Source of the DNA: an uncultured Deinococcaceae bacterium
Lineage (GTDB): Bacteria; Deinococcota; Deinococci; Deinococcales; Deinococcaceae
Direction of reading: 5' to 3'
Assembly (NCBI GenBank): GCA_964252075.1
Contig: CAXULY010000014.1
Location: 1 to 64,000, forward strand
DNA length: 64,000 nucleotides
In this document: positions 19,450 to 28,411 of the stretch, piece by piece
How the letters are laid out: every line of letters starts with the position of its first letter
How positions within the stretch are numbered: position 1 is the stretch's first letter
The notes under the pieces: model-generated
What the model was told of the DNA's origin: nothing
Database searches by the model: none
Seen by the model: the letters and a program-made list of their open reading frames with translations, nothing else
Translations under genes and position numbers: made by a program

Positions 19450-22308
19450 ATGGAGGCGCTGGAACTGATCGGCCGGGCGCCCGAGCAGGCGGCGATCCGG
19501 GCGGCCCTCGCGCGCGCCCGCGCAGGGTCGGGCGGTCTGCTGCTCGTGGCTGGCGAGGCGGGCATCGGCAAGACCCGCCTGGTGGACGCCACCCTGCACG
19601 CCGCGGGGGTGCGGGCGCTGCGCGGGCCGTCCAGGGACACGCGCGCAGCGACGCCGTACGCGCCGCTGGCGATCGTGCTGCGCGCCCACCTGGCGGACGC
19701 GCCGGGCGCGCTGGACGGCGACCCGCTGCGGGCGCACCTGGCGCTGCTGCTGCCGGAGCTGGGCCTGTCCCTTCCGGAGCACAGCACCGCCGCCCTGCTC
19801 CACGAGGCGCTGCGCGCCGCACTGGTGGGCGTGGCGCGCGCCGCGCCCGTCGTCGTGCTGGAGGACCTGCACTGGGCGGACCACGCGACGCTGGAATTCC
19901 TGCCGCCCCTGGCGGACGCCCTGACCAGCGTGCCGCTGCTGGTGCTGGGCACGTACCGCCGCGAGGACCTGCCGCGCGCCCACCCCCTGCGCCGCACCCG
20001 CCTGGAACTCCAGCGGGGCGGCCACCTGCAGGAGCTGACCGTGTCCGCGCTGCCCGGGCCGGACACCGCCGCCCTGGCCGCGCGCTCCCTGGGCGCGCCG
20101 CTGGGCCCGGCGCTGGCGGAGCTGGTGCACGCGCGCAGCGAGGGCGTGCCGCTGTTCGTGCAGGAGTTCCTGTGGGCGCTGCAGGCGGGCGGCTGCCTGG
20201 AGGTCAGCCACGCGGGGCAGCTGCACCTGCGGGCGGGCGCGGAGCCGGCCGCGCCCCTCACCCTGCGTGACGCGGTGCTGCTGAACCTCGACCGGCTGAG
20301 CGCCGGCGCGCGCGCGGCGGCGGAGGTGGCGGCGGTGCTGGGTCAATCGTTCGAGGCGGAACAGTTGCTCGCGCTGATCGGGGAGGACGCGGTCTTCGAC
20401 ACGCTGACCGACGCGGGCCTGCTGGTCGAGGCGCGCGGGCAGGTGACCTTCCGCCACGCCCTGATCCGTGACGCGATCCACGCGGGCATTCCCTGGGCGC
20501 GGCGGCGGCGCCTGCACCGGCAGGTCGCGGCGCTGCTGGACGCGCGGGGCGCGCCGCCCGCGGCCCTCGCGGAGCACTGGCTGGCCGGTCAGGAGCCGGA
20601 ACGGGCGCGCGGCGCGCTGCTGGCGGCGGTGCGCACCTCCTGCCGCCTGCACGCCTACCGCGACGCGGCGGAAGCGGCGGGCCGCGCGCTGGAGCTGTGG
20701 CCGGACGGCACCGACGAACCGGAGCGCCTCGCGGTGCTGGACCAGTTGGGGCGCTGCGCGCAGGCGTGCGGCCTGCTGCCCGAGGCGGCCCGCGCCTGGC
20801 GCGAGGCGGCCCAAGCGCACCGCGAGGCGGGCGACGCAGCCAGCAGCGCGGAAGCGCAGCGCCGCCTGGCGGGGGCACTAGAACTCCAGGGCCTGTGGGA
20901 GCAGGCGCTGGAGGCGCGGCGCGGCGCGGCGGAGGCCTTCGACGCCGCAGGTCGGCCCGCCGCCGCCGCCGAGGAGCGCCTCGCGGTCGGCAGCGCCCTG
21001 CGCGCGACGAGCCGCAACACCGCCGCCCTGGACGCGCTGCGCGTGGCCCTCGACGGCGCCCGGCGGGCGGGCCGACGCGACCTGGAGGCGCGCATCCTGG
21101 GGCAGACCGGCAACGCCCTGGTGCGCGCCGGGCAGATCGAGGCGGGCCTGAGCACCGGTCGCGCCGGCCTGACGCTGGCCCTGCAGGTCGACCACACCGG
21201 CGCGACGGTGGAGGCGCTGCACCGCATCGCGGACAGCCTGGAGCACGCCGGTGACTACACGGCGGCCCGCTCGGCGTACGCGGACGCCATCGGGGTGTGC
21301 GCCGACGCGGGCCAGCCGGACTTCGCGTGCCGCGCCTGCCTGGCCGTGCCGCTCTACCAGAACGGCGACTGGAACGCCGTCGCGTCCGAATGCCGCCGCG
21401 TGCTGGAGTCCCCGGCGGCGCCCGCCGTGCCGCGCGCCGTTGTGGGGGCGATGCTCGGGACGGTGCTGGCGCACCGCGGGCAGCGCGCGCGCGCCAGGCC
21501 GCTGCTGCACGACGCGCTGGCCACCTCGCGGCAGCTGGGCCTGGTGCCCGTTCAGCTGCGCGCCCTGTGGGGCCTCGCGCTGCTGGACGAACTGGACGAC
21601 CCGCACGCCGCGCACGCCTGGGCGGACGCGCTGAGCGGCGTGTGGGAGGGCGCGGAGGATCACTACCACGTGCTCTTTCCCATGCGCTGGGCCGCGACCT
21701 TCCACGCCGAGCGGGGCGCGCAGCCCGAAGTGGCCCGCGCCGTCCGCACCCTGAGCCGCGCGGCCGACTTGAACGGCGGTCCAGTCGCGTACTCCGCGCT
21801 CGCGCACGCCCTGGGTGAACTCGCGTGGCTCGACGGGCAGCTCCCACGGGCCTCCGCGCAGTTCGAGGTGGCGGTGGCCCTCCTGCGCGACACCCGGACG
21901 CCCTTCGAGGAAGCGTCCAGCCGCCTGAGGGCCGGTCAGGCGCTGGCGGCGCAGCAGCGCCCGGAGGAGGCCGCCGACCACCTGACGTGGGCGCACCGCA
22001 CCGCCCGAACCCTGAACGCCCCGGTCCTCGCGGACCGGGCGGCCCGCGCCCTGGCCGCCATCGGTCGCGCGCCGGCGGGGCGCGGCGCCCGTCCGCCGAA
22101 CGGCATCGGGTTGACGCCGCGCCAGCTGGAGGTGCTGCGGCTCGTCGCCCAGGGGCGCACCGACAAGGCCATCGCCCAGGACCTGCAGCTCAGCCCGCGC
22201 ACGGTGGAGATGCACGTCGGGCACATCCTGGCCAGCCTGGACAGCCACTCCCGCGCCGAAGCGGTGGGCAAGGCCGCCGAACTCGGGCTGCTGATGCGCC
22301 CCACCTGA
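19450..22308 (+). CDS. LuxR-family ATP-dependent regulator (MalT/LAL type: AAA ATPase-TPR-LuxR HTH)
   Basis: Walker A GEAGIGKT, EDLHWAD, FRHAL; C-terminal LTPRQLEVLRLVAQG...SPRTVEMHV. Confidence 0.92.
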   Translation: MEALELIGRAPEQAAIRAALARARAGSGGLLLVAGEAGIGKTRLVDATLHAAGVRALRGPSRDTRAATPYAPLAIVLRAHLADAPGALDGDPLRAHLALLLPELGLSLPEHSTAALLHEALRAALVGVARAAPVVVLEDLHWADHATLEFLPPLADALTSVPLLVLGTYRREDLPRAHPLRRTRLELQRGGHLQELTVSALPGPDTAALAARSLGAPLGPALAELVHARSEGVPLFVQEFLWALQAGGCLEVSHAGQLHLRAGAEPAAPLTLRDAVLLNLDRLSAGARAAAEVAAVLGQSFEAEQLLALIGEDAVFDTLTDAGLLVEARGQVTFRHALIRDAIHAGIPWARRRRLHRQVAALLDARGAPPAALAEHWLAGQEPERARGALLAAVRTSCRLHAYRDAAEAAGRALELWPDGTDEPERLAVLDQLGRCAQACGLLPEAARAWREAAQAHREAGDAASSAEAQRRLAGALELQGLWEQALEARRGAAEAFDAAGRPAAAAEERLAVGSALRATSRNTAALDALRVALDGARRAGRRDLEARILGQTGNALVRAGQIEAGLSTGRAGLTLALQVDHTGATVEALHRIADSLEHAGDYTAARSAYADAIGVCADAGQPDFACRACLAVPLYQNGDWNAVASECRRVLESPAAPAVPRAVVGAMLGTVLAHRGQRARARPLLHDALATSRQLGLVPVQLRALWGLALLDELDDPHAAHAWADALSGVWEGAEDHYHVLFPMRWAATFHAERGAQPEVARAVRTLSRAADLNGGPVAYSALAHALGELAWLDGQLPRASAQFEVAVALLRDTRTPFEEASSRLRAGQALAAQQRPEEAADHLTWAHRTARTLNAPVLADRAARALAAIGRAPAGRGARPPNGIGLTPRQLEVLRLVAQGRTDKAIAQDLQLSPRTVEMHVGHILASLDSHSRAEAVGKAAELGLLMRPT

Positions 22309-22585
22309 ACAGCGGACCTCCTCTGACATTTGAGCCGGGCAGCGCAAGCACCCACTGAGCGCGCTGGGAAGCTGCGCACCCCCACCCGCGTGATGAGGGC
22401 CCGCCCCGGCCAGGACGCGCATCACAGCGCGGCCCACCGCCCCACGCGGCGCGGGCGGATCCCTGCTCCGCGATGAGCGCAGCCGTGGAAACACCGTTCC
22501 TGACGGCGGTGTCGGACCAGCGGGCGAGGTGCGGCCCCCTCCTTACGGACTCGCGCACCACCCTCACGCGGCGCGCTCCACCCAC

Positions 22586-22620
22586 CCTTCAGACCCGTTT
22601 CAGGGCCGGTCTGCCACGCT
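22586..22620 (+). promoter_or_regulatory. Cargo promoter variant (TTCAG repeat)
   Basis: ccTTCAgacccgtTTCAgggccggtctgcCACGCT; same spacing as the other copies. Confidence 0.55.
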
Positions 22621-22652
22621 ACTGTCGGCGTTCACGCCCAAAGGAGCCCCAC

Positions 22653-23402
22653 ATGAAGCACACCCGCATGTTCGCACTCGCCTCCAGCCTGATCCTCGCT
22701 GGCCTCGCCCTCGCCCAGGCGCCCGACCGCACCCTCACCGTCCGCGGGCAACCGCAGCCCGGCCACGTGATCGTCCTGGACGGCGAGGCGTACGTGCCCG
22801 TGTCCGCCTTGAGCGCGCTCGGCGTGCGCGCCACGGGGACCGCCTCCGCCCTTGACCTCACCACCGCCTCCCCTGCCCTCACCGCGACCTTCGACACGGG
22901 CGATGACGGCTGGACGGTCGCGGGGGACGCCCAGGGGGGCGGCGTGCGCCCGACGTTCGTGCCGACGGGCGGCGCCGCCGGCGGGTACATTGCCGCCAGG
23001 GACGATGTGGCGGGCGGCACGTGGTACTGGCGGGCGCCCTCGGCGTTCCGCGGGGACCACTCCGGCGCGTACGGCGGCGCCCTGGCCTTCTCGCTGCGCC
23101 AGTCGAGCGTCACGCATCAGTTCAGCGACCCGGACGTGATCCTGAAAGGGGGCGGGACCACCCTGGTGCTGGCCCTGCCCCGCCACCCGGGCCTCAACTG
23201 GACGCCTTACCGGGTCGCGCTCACCGCGGGCGCCGGCTGGCGCAGCGCGTCGCTGACTGGACCGGCAGCGACCGCCGCCCAGGTGCGGGCGGTGCTGCGC
23301 AACCTGGACGAACTGAGCATCCGGGGGGAGTACGTGGAGGGCGCGGACACCGGCGGGCTGGACAGCGTCACCCTCACCCAGCCGATGTGCGCCGCGCCCT
23401 AA
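22653..23402 (+). CDS. Secreted laminin-B (domain IV)-like protein
   Basis: RBS AAGGAG; signal peptide ending ALAQ; WYWRAPSAFRGDHSGAYGGALAF, DVILKG and VLRNLDELSIRGEY...LDSVTL resemble laminin B. Confidence 0.7.
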   Translation: MKHTRMFALASSLILAGLALAQAPDRTLTVRGQPQPGHVIVLDGEAYVPVSALSALGVRATGTASALDLTTASPALTATFDTGDDGWTVAGDAQGGGVRPTFVPTGGAAGGYIAARDDVAGGTWYWRAPSAFRGDHSGAYGGALAFSLRQSSVTHQFSDPDVILKGGGTTLVLALPRHPGLNWTPYRVALTAGAGWRSASLTGPAATAAQVRAVLRNLDELSIRGEYVEGADTGGLDSVTLTQPMCAAP

Positions 23403-23484
23403 CAATAGATTCAGGGAACGACCGCGTGCATCCGTGGCGGCCCGCGTTGCAGTGGCGTGGCGCGCGGCCTGTCACAGTGAAGGC

Positions 23485-24354
23485 ATGCGCCTCCGGCGAC
23501 ACGACCCAAATCCGCGCCTGCGCGACCTGGTGCGGGGTTACTGGGAGCTCGAGGACCTGCACTTGGCGTGGCCCGAGCAGAACTTCGACGTGCCGGAGCG
23601 CAGCGTCCGCCTGATGTTCCTGGCCAGCGAGATCCGCATGGGGCCAAGCGCCGACACCATGCACCTCCTCCCGCCGGTCAGCCTCACGCCCTTCGTGCTT
23701 CACCCGCAGCGGACGGTGGGGCAAGGGAAGCTGCGCGCCCTGATGGTGGACCTGTACCCGTGGGCCGCCCGACAACTCCTCGGCTGGCGCGCCGACCACC
23801 CCCCCGACGCCCTCAACCTCACTCTCAGCGCCAGCCCCTGGGGCCGCGACGTCATCGCCCTCCTGCACCTGCGCGACTGGGACGCCGCACGCCACGCCCT
23901 CGAAACCCACCTCCTCACCCTCGCCCACCTCCACGACGACCCCGGCCCCGCCGTGCAGGCCGCCCACCGCATCTACCACGCCGCTGGCGTCGTGCGCGTC
24001 GCCGACCTCGCCGAAACCCTCAACCTCAGCCCCCGCACCCTGGAGCGCCAGTTCGCCCAGCAGGTCGGGGTGAGCGCCAAGACCCTGGCGCGCGTGGTGC
24101 GGTTCGACGAGGCGAACACCCGCATCCGCCTGGACCCCACGCTGCCGATGGCGGAGCTGACGTTCCAGCTGGGGTTCTTCGATCAGGCGCACCTGATCCG
24201 GGAGTTCAAGGCGCTGTCCAGCCTCACGCCGCGCGCCTTCGCCGCCCTCGCCGCCCGCCGACAGCACCACCTCGACCTTGACCTCCTGAATGCCGGACAC
24301 AGCCAGTACGTCGAACTGGAGTCACGCCTGACCTTCGCGCCGGAACGGCACTGA
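23485..24354 (+). CDS. AraC-family transcriptional regulator
   Basis: LSPRTLERQF...GVSAK and GFFDQAHLIREFK; leaderless CACAGT-N6-ATG. Confidence 0.88.
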   Translation: MRLRRHDPNPRLRDLVRGYWELEDLHLAWPEQNFDVPERSVRLMFLASEIRMGPSADTMHLLPPVSLTPFVLHPQRTVGQGKLRALMVDLYPWAARQLLGWRADHPPDALNLTLSASPWGRDVIALLHLRDWDAARHALETHLLTLAHLHDDPGPAVQAAHRIYHAAGVVRVADLAETLNLSPRTLERQFAQQVGVSAKTLARVVRFDEANTRIRLDPTLPMAELTFQLGFFDQAHLIREFKALSSLTPRAFAALAARRQHHLDLDLLNAGHSQYVELESRLTFAPERH

Positions 24355-24937
24355 GCCCAACACACGCAACGGCTTTACCCTGCGGCATGGCGGCCGAGTC
24401 GCGCCGTGCGGTATCGCCGGCCATCGCTTGACAGGCGAGGCGGCGCTCCCACTGGCGTGAAAGCGCTCACAGGTGTTGCGCAGCGGGAAGCCCGTGGAGT
24501 CACTTGGTCTCAAGAGACTGAGTTCGGTGGCGCGCATGGCAAAACGGCCCGGCCGGTCGCGGCGATGGAGGAGCAGACACAGCGATTTGGGACAACTGGA
24601 TAGAGTCGGGAGGTCTAAACCATGCGGCTTCAGGTCTCCAACAAGCCAGGCGAACCAACTGGGGTGATGCCTGATGGCCTTGCCGGACGCGTTTTCTACC
24701 GCCCATCCTCCGCGTGCAGCTGAGGAAACGGCGCCTCGTTGATAGGGCTGATGGCCCGCACGTCCTCGCTGCAATCCAGTACCGGTCTCTTATGCTTCCC
24801 CTAGCTGTAGGCGCCATGATTCATTGCACGGCTGCCGTCCAGGGTGGCGGTAACATCCGTCAAGCGATGAGCCTGAAGTCGGGCTCTTCCACCTGCCCGG
24901 ACCCGCCCACATCCTTATTTCGCGCGCCTGAATCGAG

Positions 24938-25513
24938 TCAGGGGCGGGCGCTGTGGGTGACGAAGGCGGCGACCGCATCGGCGAAAGCGTCGTCCAGGGG
25001 GGCGTGCTGCATCAGGAGCCGGTACCACAGCGGACCGAGCAGCAGGTCGGTGAGGGTCTGGTCGTCCCCGGCGAGCGACTCACCGCGCGTGCGGGCGCGC
25101 TGGAAGAGCGTGGCGGCCTGCCGGCGGCGTTTGCTGAAGTGCCGTTCGCGCAGCTCTTCCATGACGCTGGGGTCCTGGAGTCCCTCTGCGACGAAGGCGC
25201 GGTTGGTGGCGCCGCAGGCGCTGTTGAATCGGGTGATGGTGGCGCGCAGCAGGGCGCGGAGGTCCGTTTCGAGGTCGCCGGAGTCGGGCAGGTCGGGGAG
25301 CTGGTCGGCGTGGTCGGCGAAGGCGTCGAGGATCAGGGCGCGTTTGTGGGGCCAGCGGCGGTAGAGGGTCTGGCGGGCGATGCCGGTGCGCTGGGAGATG
25401 GTCTCCATGTTGATGGCGCTGTAGCCGTGTTCCTGGAGGAGGTCGAGGGCGGCGGTTTTGGCGGCGTCCGAATGCGCGGTGTTGCGGGGCCGCCCGGGGG
25501 CGCGCGGGGTCAT
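24938..25513 (-). CDS. TetR/AcrR-family regulator
   Basis: GRPR, GYSAINMETI...GIARQTLYRRWPHK; leaderless TAGACT-N5-ATG. Confidence 0.9.
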   Translation of the reverse strand: MTPRAPGRPRNTAHSDAAKTAALDLLQEHGYSAINMETISQRTGIARQTLYRRWPHKRALILDAFADHADQLPDLPDSGDLETDLRALLRATITRFNSACGATNRAFVAEGLQDPSVMEELRERHFSKRRRQAATLFQRARTRGESLAGDDQTLTDLLLGPLWYRLLMQHAPLDDAFADAVAAFVTHSARP

Positions 25514-25528
25514 GCCGCAGTCTATCAG

Positions 25529-25583
25529 TTGACAATTCGTGACGTAACGTATTTAATCCTATTATGCGACAGGACGTCACGAA
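25529..25583 (+). promoter_or_regulatory. MFS promoter with probable TetR operator
   Basis: TTGACA-N17-TTTAAT-N6-ATG; inverted repeat TTCGTGACGT (25536-25545) / ACGTCACGAA (25574-25583). Confidence 0.7.
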
Positions 25584-26751
25584 ACCAGGAGGCCAAGCAC
25601 CCCTCGCACTGCTGACGCTGGCCCTCGCGTACTTCACGCTCGGCACCGCCTCCCTCTCCGTCGTCGCGCTCGCCCACCCCATCAGCGTCACCTTCCACGT
25701 CACCCCCGCCCAGACTGGCCTGCTCGTCAGCGCCTTCTCCATCACCTTCGCGGTGACCGCCCTGCTCAGCCAGAGCCTCGTCGGGCACCTCCACCGCAAA
25801 CACCTCCTCCTGGGCGGGCTCGCGCTCCTCATCGCGGGCCTCGCCCTCGGGGCGGCCGCCCACACCTTCACCGCCCTGCTCCTCACGCGCGTGCTGGCCG
25901 CCGTCGGCGCCAGCGTCCTCGGGCCCGTGTCCTCCGCCACGGGCAGCCTGCTGGTCCCGCAGCTCCAGCAGGCGCGCGCCCTCGCCGTCGTGTTCGGCGG
26001 TTTCACCTTCGCGTCGGTCCTCGGCGTGCCCCTCGCCTCCGCCCTGACCCCCAGCCTCGGCTGGCGCGGCACCCTCCTGGCGCTCGCCGCGCTCACCGCC
26101 ATCACCGCGCTGCTGGTGTGGCGCCTCGTGCCGCACGTGGAGCGCGGCGCCCGCGTCACCCTCAGCACCTACGGCAGCACCCTCCGCACGCCAAACGTGA
26201 AGCCCGCGCTCCTCACCACCCTGCTGCAGATCGGCTCGCTCTTCCTGCCGTACGCCGTGATCAGCGCGTACCTCACCGCGCGCTTCGGCAGCAGCCCCAC
26301 GTGGATCACCTTCAGCCTCCTCGCCTTCGGCGTGGGCGGCATCCTCGGGAACGCCGCGACGGGGCCGCTCGGCCGTGTGCTGGAACCTCCCCGCCTGCTG
26401 CAACTGAGCCTCCTCGCGAGCCTCCTCGTGGCAGCCGCGCTGCTCTTCCTGCCCGCGAGTCCGCTCCTGGGTCTGCTCGCCTTCTCCGTCTGGTCCTTCT
26501 TCGCCAACATGTTCCAGGCGCCACAGCAGGCCAAATTGATCCGCCTCAACCCAGAACGGCGCGGCCTGATGCTCGCCCTGAACGCCGCCGTGCTGTACCT
26601 CGGTATGGGGATCAGCAGCTGGCTGGGCAGCATCCTGCTGCCCACCCTCGGCGCCCCCCAGCTGCTGCTGCTGCCCGTCGCGATGCTGATCGTGGCCCTG
26701 CTCCTCACCCAGCGCCGCACGCCCACATCCGCCACGCAACCGCTGGCCTGA
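25564..26751 (+). CDS. MFS transporter (DHA1 / AraJ-like efflux)
   Basis: About 12 hydrophobic segments; RVLAAVG, ASVLGVPL and LGWR motifs; divergent from TetR. Confidence 0.88.
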   Translation: MRQDVTKPGGQAPLALLTLALAYFTLGTASLSVVALAHPISVTFHVTPAQTGLLVSAFSITFAVTALLSQSLVGHLHRKHLLLGGLALLIAGLALGAAAHTFTALLLTRVLAAVGASVLGPVSSATGSLLVPQLQQARALAVVFGGFTFASVLGVPLASALTPSLGWRGTLLALAALTAITALLVWRLVPHVERGARVTLSTYGSTLRTPNVKPALLTTLLQIGSLFLPYAVISAYLTARFGSSPTWITFSLLAFGVGGILGNAATGPLGRVLEPPRLLQLSLLASLLVAAALLFLPASPLLGLLAFSVWSFFANMFQAPQQAKLIRLNPERRGLMLALNAAVLYLGMGISSWLGSILLPTLGAPQLLLLPVAMLIVALLLTQRRTPTSATQPLA

Positions 26752-27166
26752 CTGACGGTGGTGGCGGCGCGGGCGGTCCGGCAGTGCCACCCACACTTGG
26801 CCACCAGGGGTGCTGGAGCGTCAAACCGCTCGTCCGGGGCGCCAGCACCGCTCCGCGTGACGACTGTGAGGCGTTGAGCCCCGCCGTGCGGACCCAGTTG
26901 CCTGGCATCTGGGGTGCCGTTCAATCCTCCGCTCCCCGCAGATACAGGACAGAACGGCGCGCGTCGTTCGGTGAGACCGTTCGAGCAGCCAGCGTCGCGT
27001 GCTCAGCGATGAGGAGGTCTGATCAACCGCGCGCCAGCCCGTAGTGACGGCGTTGCAGTGGGACACGCTCAACTATTCAAAAGCGTCACCACGCCGCGCC
27101 AGGCCCCCGTGCCCTCCTGGTTCCTCGGAGGGCGAACGGAATCAAGGGGACAGGGTGCGGACCAGC

Positions 27167-27871
27167 TCACCCGTAATACGCGGGCAGCATGTTCAACCCT
27201 GCCCACTGGGCCGCGTCATGCCCGAAAATGACCAGCCCGACCTGCTCCCGCTCCACCAGATCCAGCAGCTTCAGGATGCTGGCGCGGGTCGCTTCGGCGT
27301 CTGGGTTGTCGCTGCCGTCCTCCACGTCACGGGTGAAGCCCTCTCCGAACGGCACCGCGTCCACCGTGAGGACAACCGCGCCCGTCTCGGGCAGCCGGAT
27401 CAGCACCGATTGGTGTCCCGGTACATGCCCGCTCGTCTCAATCAGGTCCAGCCCCGGCAGCAGTTCGGTGTCGCCATCCACCAGTTGAATACGCTCCATG
27501 GGCTGATCCCATTCAGCCCGGGTGGCCGCGAACCGAGGGTTGCTCGCGGCATCCGCGTGGTGCGCGCGCTGAACCACGTACCGTGCCTTCGGGAATGCCG
27601 CGTGCCGGCCGGCGTGGTCGAAGTCGTAATGCGTCGAGATGACCGTATCAATGTCATCCGGTTTGAGGCCAATGTCCGCCAGCTGGGCAATGACGTCCCG
27701 CCCATTCTCGAACTCCGCGCCTTCTTCCGGGATCATCTCCGGGAGGCCGCTGTCAATCAGGATGTTCCTGCCGTCATCCGTCTGCACCAGGTAGCACACA
27801 ATCGGAATGTGGTACTGCGGCATGGACCCAACCTGCATCAGGTAAAGACGCTTCACGGCATCATGGCTCAT
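27167..27871 (-). CDS. Metallo-beta-lactamase fold protein, N-acyl homoserine lactonase family
   Basis: ILIDSG, THYDFDHAG, TSGHVPGHQSV and IFGHD motifs; RBS GGGGAG. Confidence 0.8.
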   Translation of the reverse strand: MSHDAVKRLYLMQVGSMPQYHIPIVCYLVQTDDGRNILIDSGLPEMIPEEGAEFENGRDVIAQLADIGLKPDDIDTVISTHYDFDHAGRHAAFPKARYVVQRAHHADAASNPRFAATRAEWDQPMERIQLVDGDTELLPGLDLIETSGHVPGHQSVLIRLPETGAVVLTVDAVPFGEGFTRDVEDGSDNPDAEATRASILKLLDLVEREQVGLVIFGHDAAQWAGLNMLPAYYG

Positions 27872-28411
27872 TGATTTCTCCCCGAGACTGAATGTACGTT
27901 CTCAGCGTTGAAAACGCGAGGCCAGCAACGCAAGCAGACCCAGCCGGACAGGGCGCGCTCCACGCCGGTCCCCTGAGCGAGACCCCCGCCTGCACAGCCA
28001 GCGCTGCTGCCTCTCGGGAATGGACGTGCGCGCCGGTCGCGCGCCTCTGCGTCGCCCCTCAGTGCGGGAAAACCGTGTCCTGAGAGTCAGCCGGGAACCC
28101 ATCGCTGCACCGTGCAGCGGAACGGTCAGCCATGTGCGCGCCTGTCCCGTGCGCTCAGCACCTGAGAGGATGCCCTGCCGAGGCCGCCGTTCCGTTCGGT
28201 GCCGTTCATAAAATGCCCGCAGGGAGCGTGTGCTCCCAGGTTTGCCTGCTCCGACCGACTTCAGGATTGGAACGACCGTGCCCTCATCCCCGAGCCGCTG
28301 CGCTCTCGGACCGTTTTCTCGCCGCCACCCGTATCCACCCTAGTCCACCAAACCGCACCTGCCCCACCACAGGATTCAGCGGCGCGAGGCGAACGCCCCA
28401 GTTCCCCAACG

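Noticed and set aside
24360..24930. IS remnant (hairpin GTCTC-AA-GAGAC; GGTCTCAAGAG repeated near 36146)
   Set aside because: No transposase fragment, terminal inverted repeat pair or target duplication recognised; an 11-bp match can arise by chance
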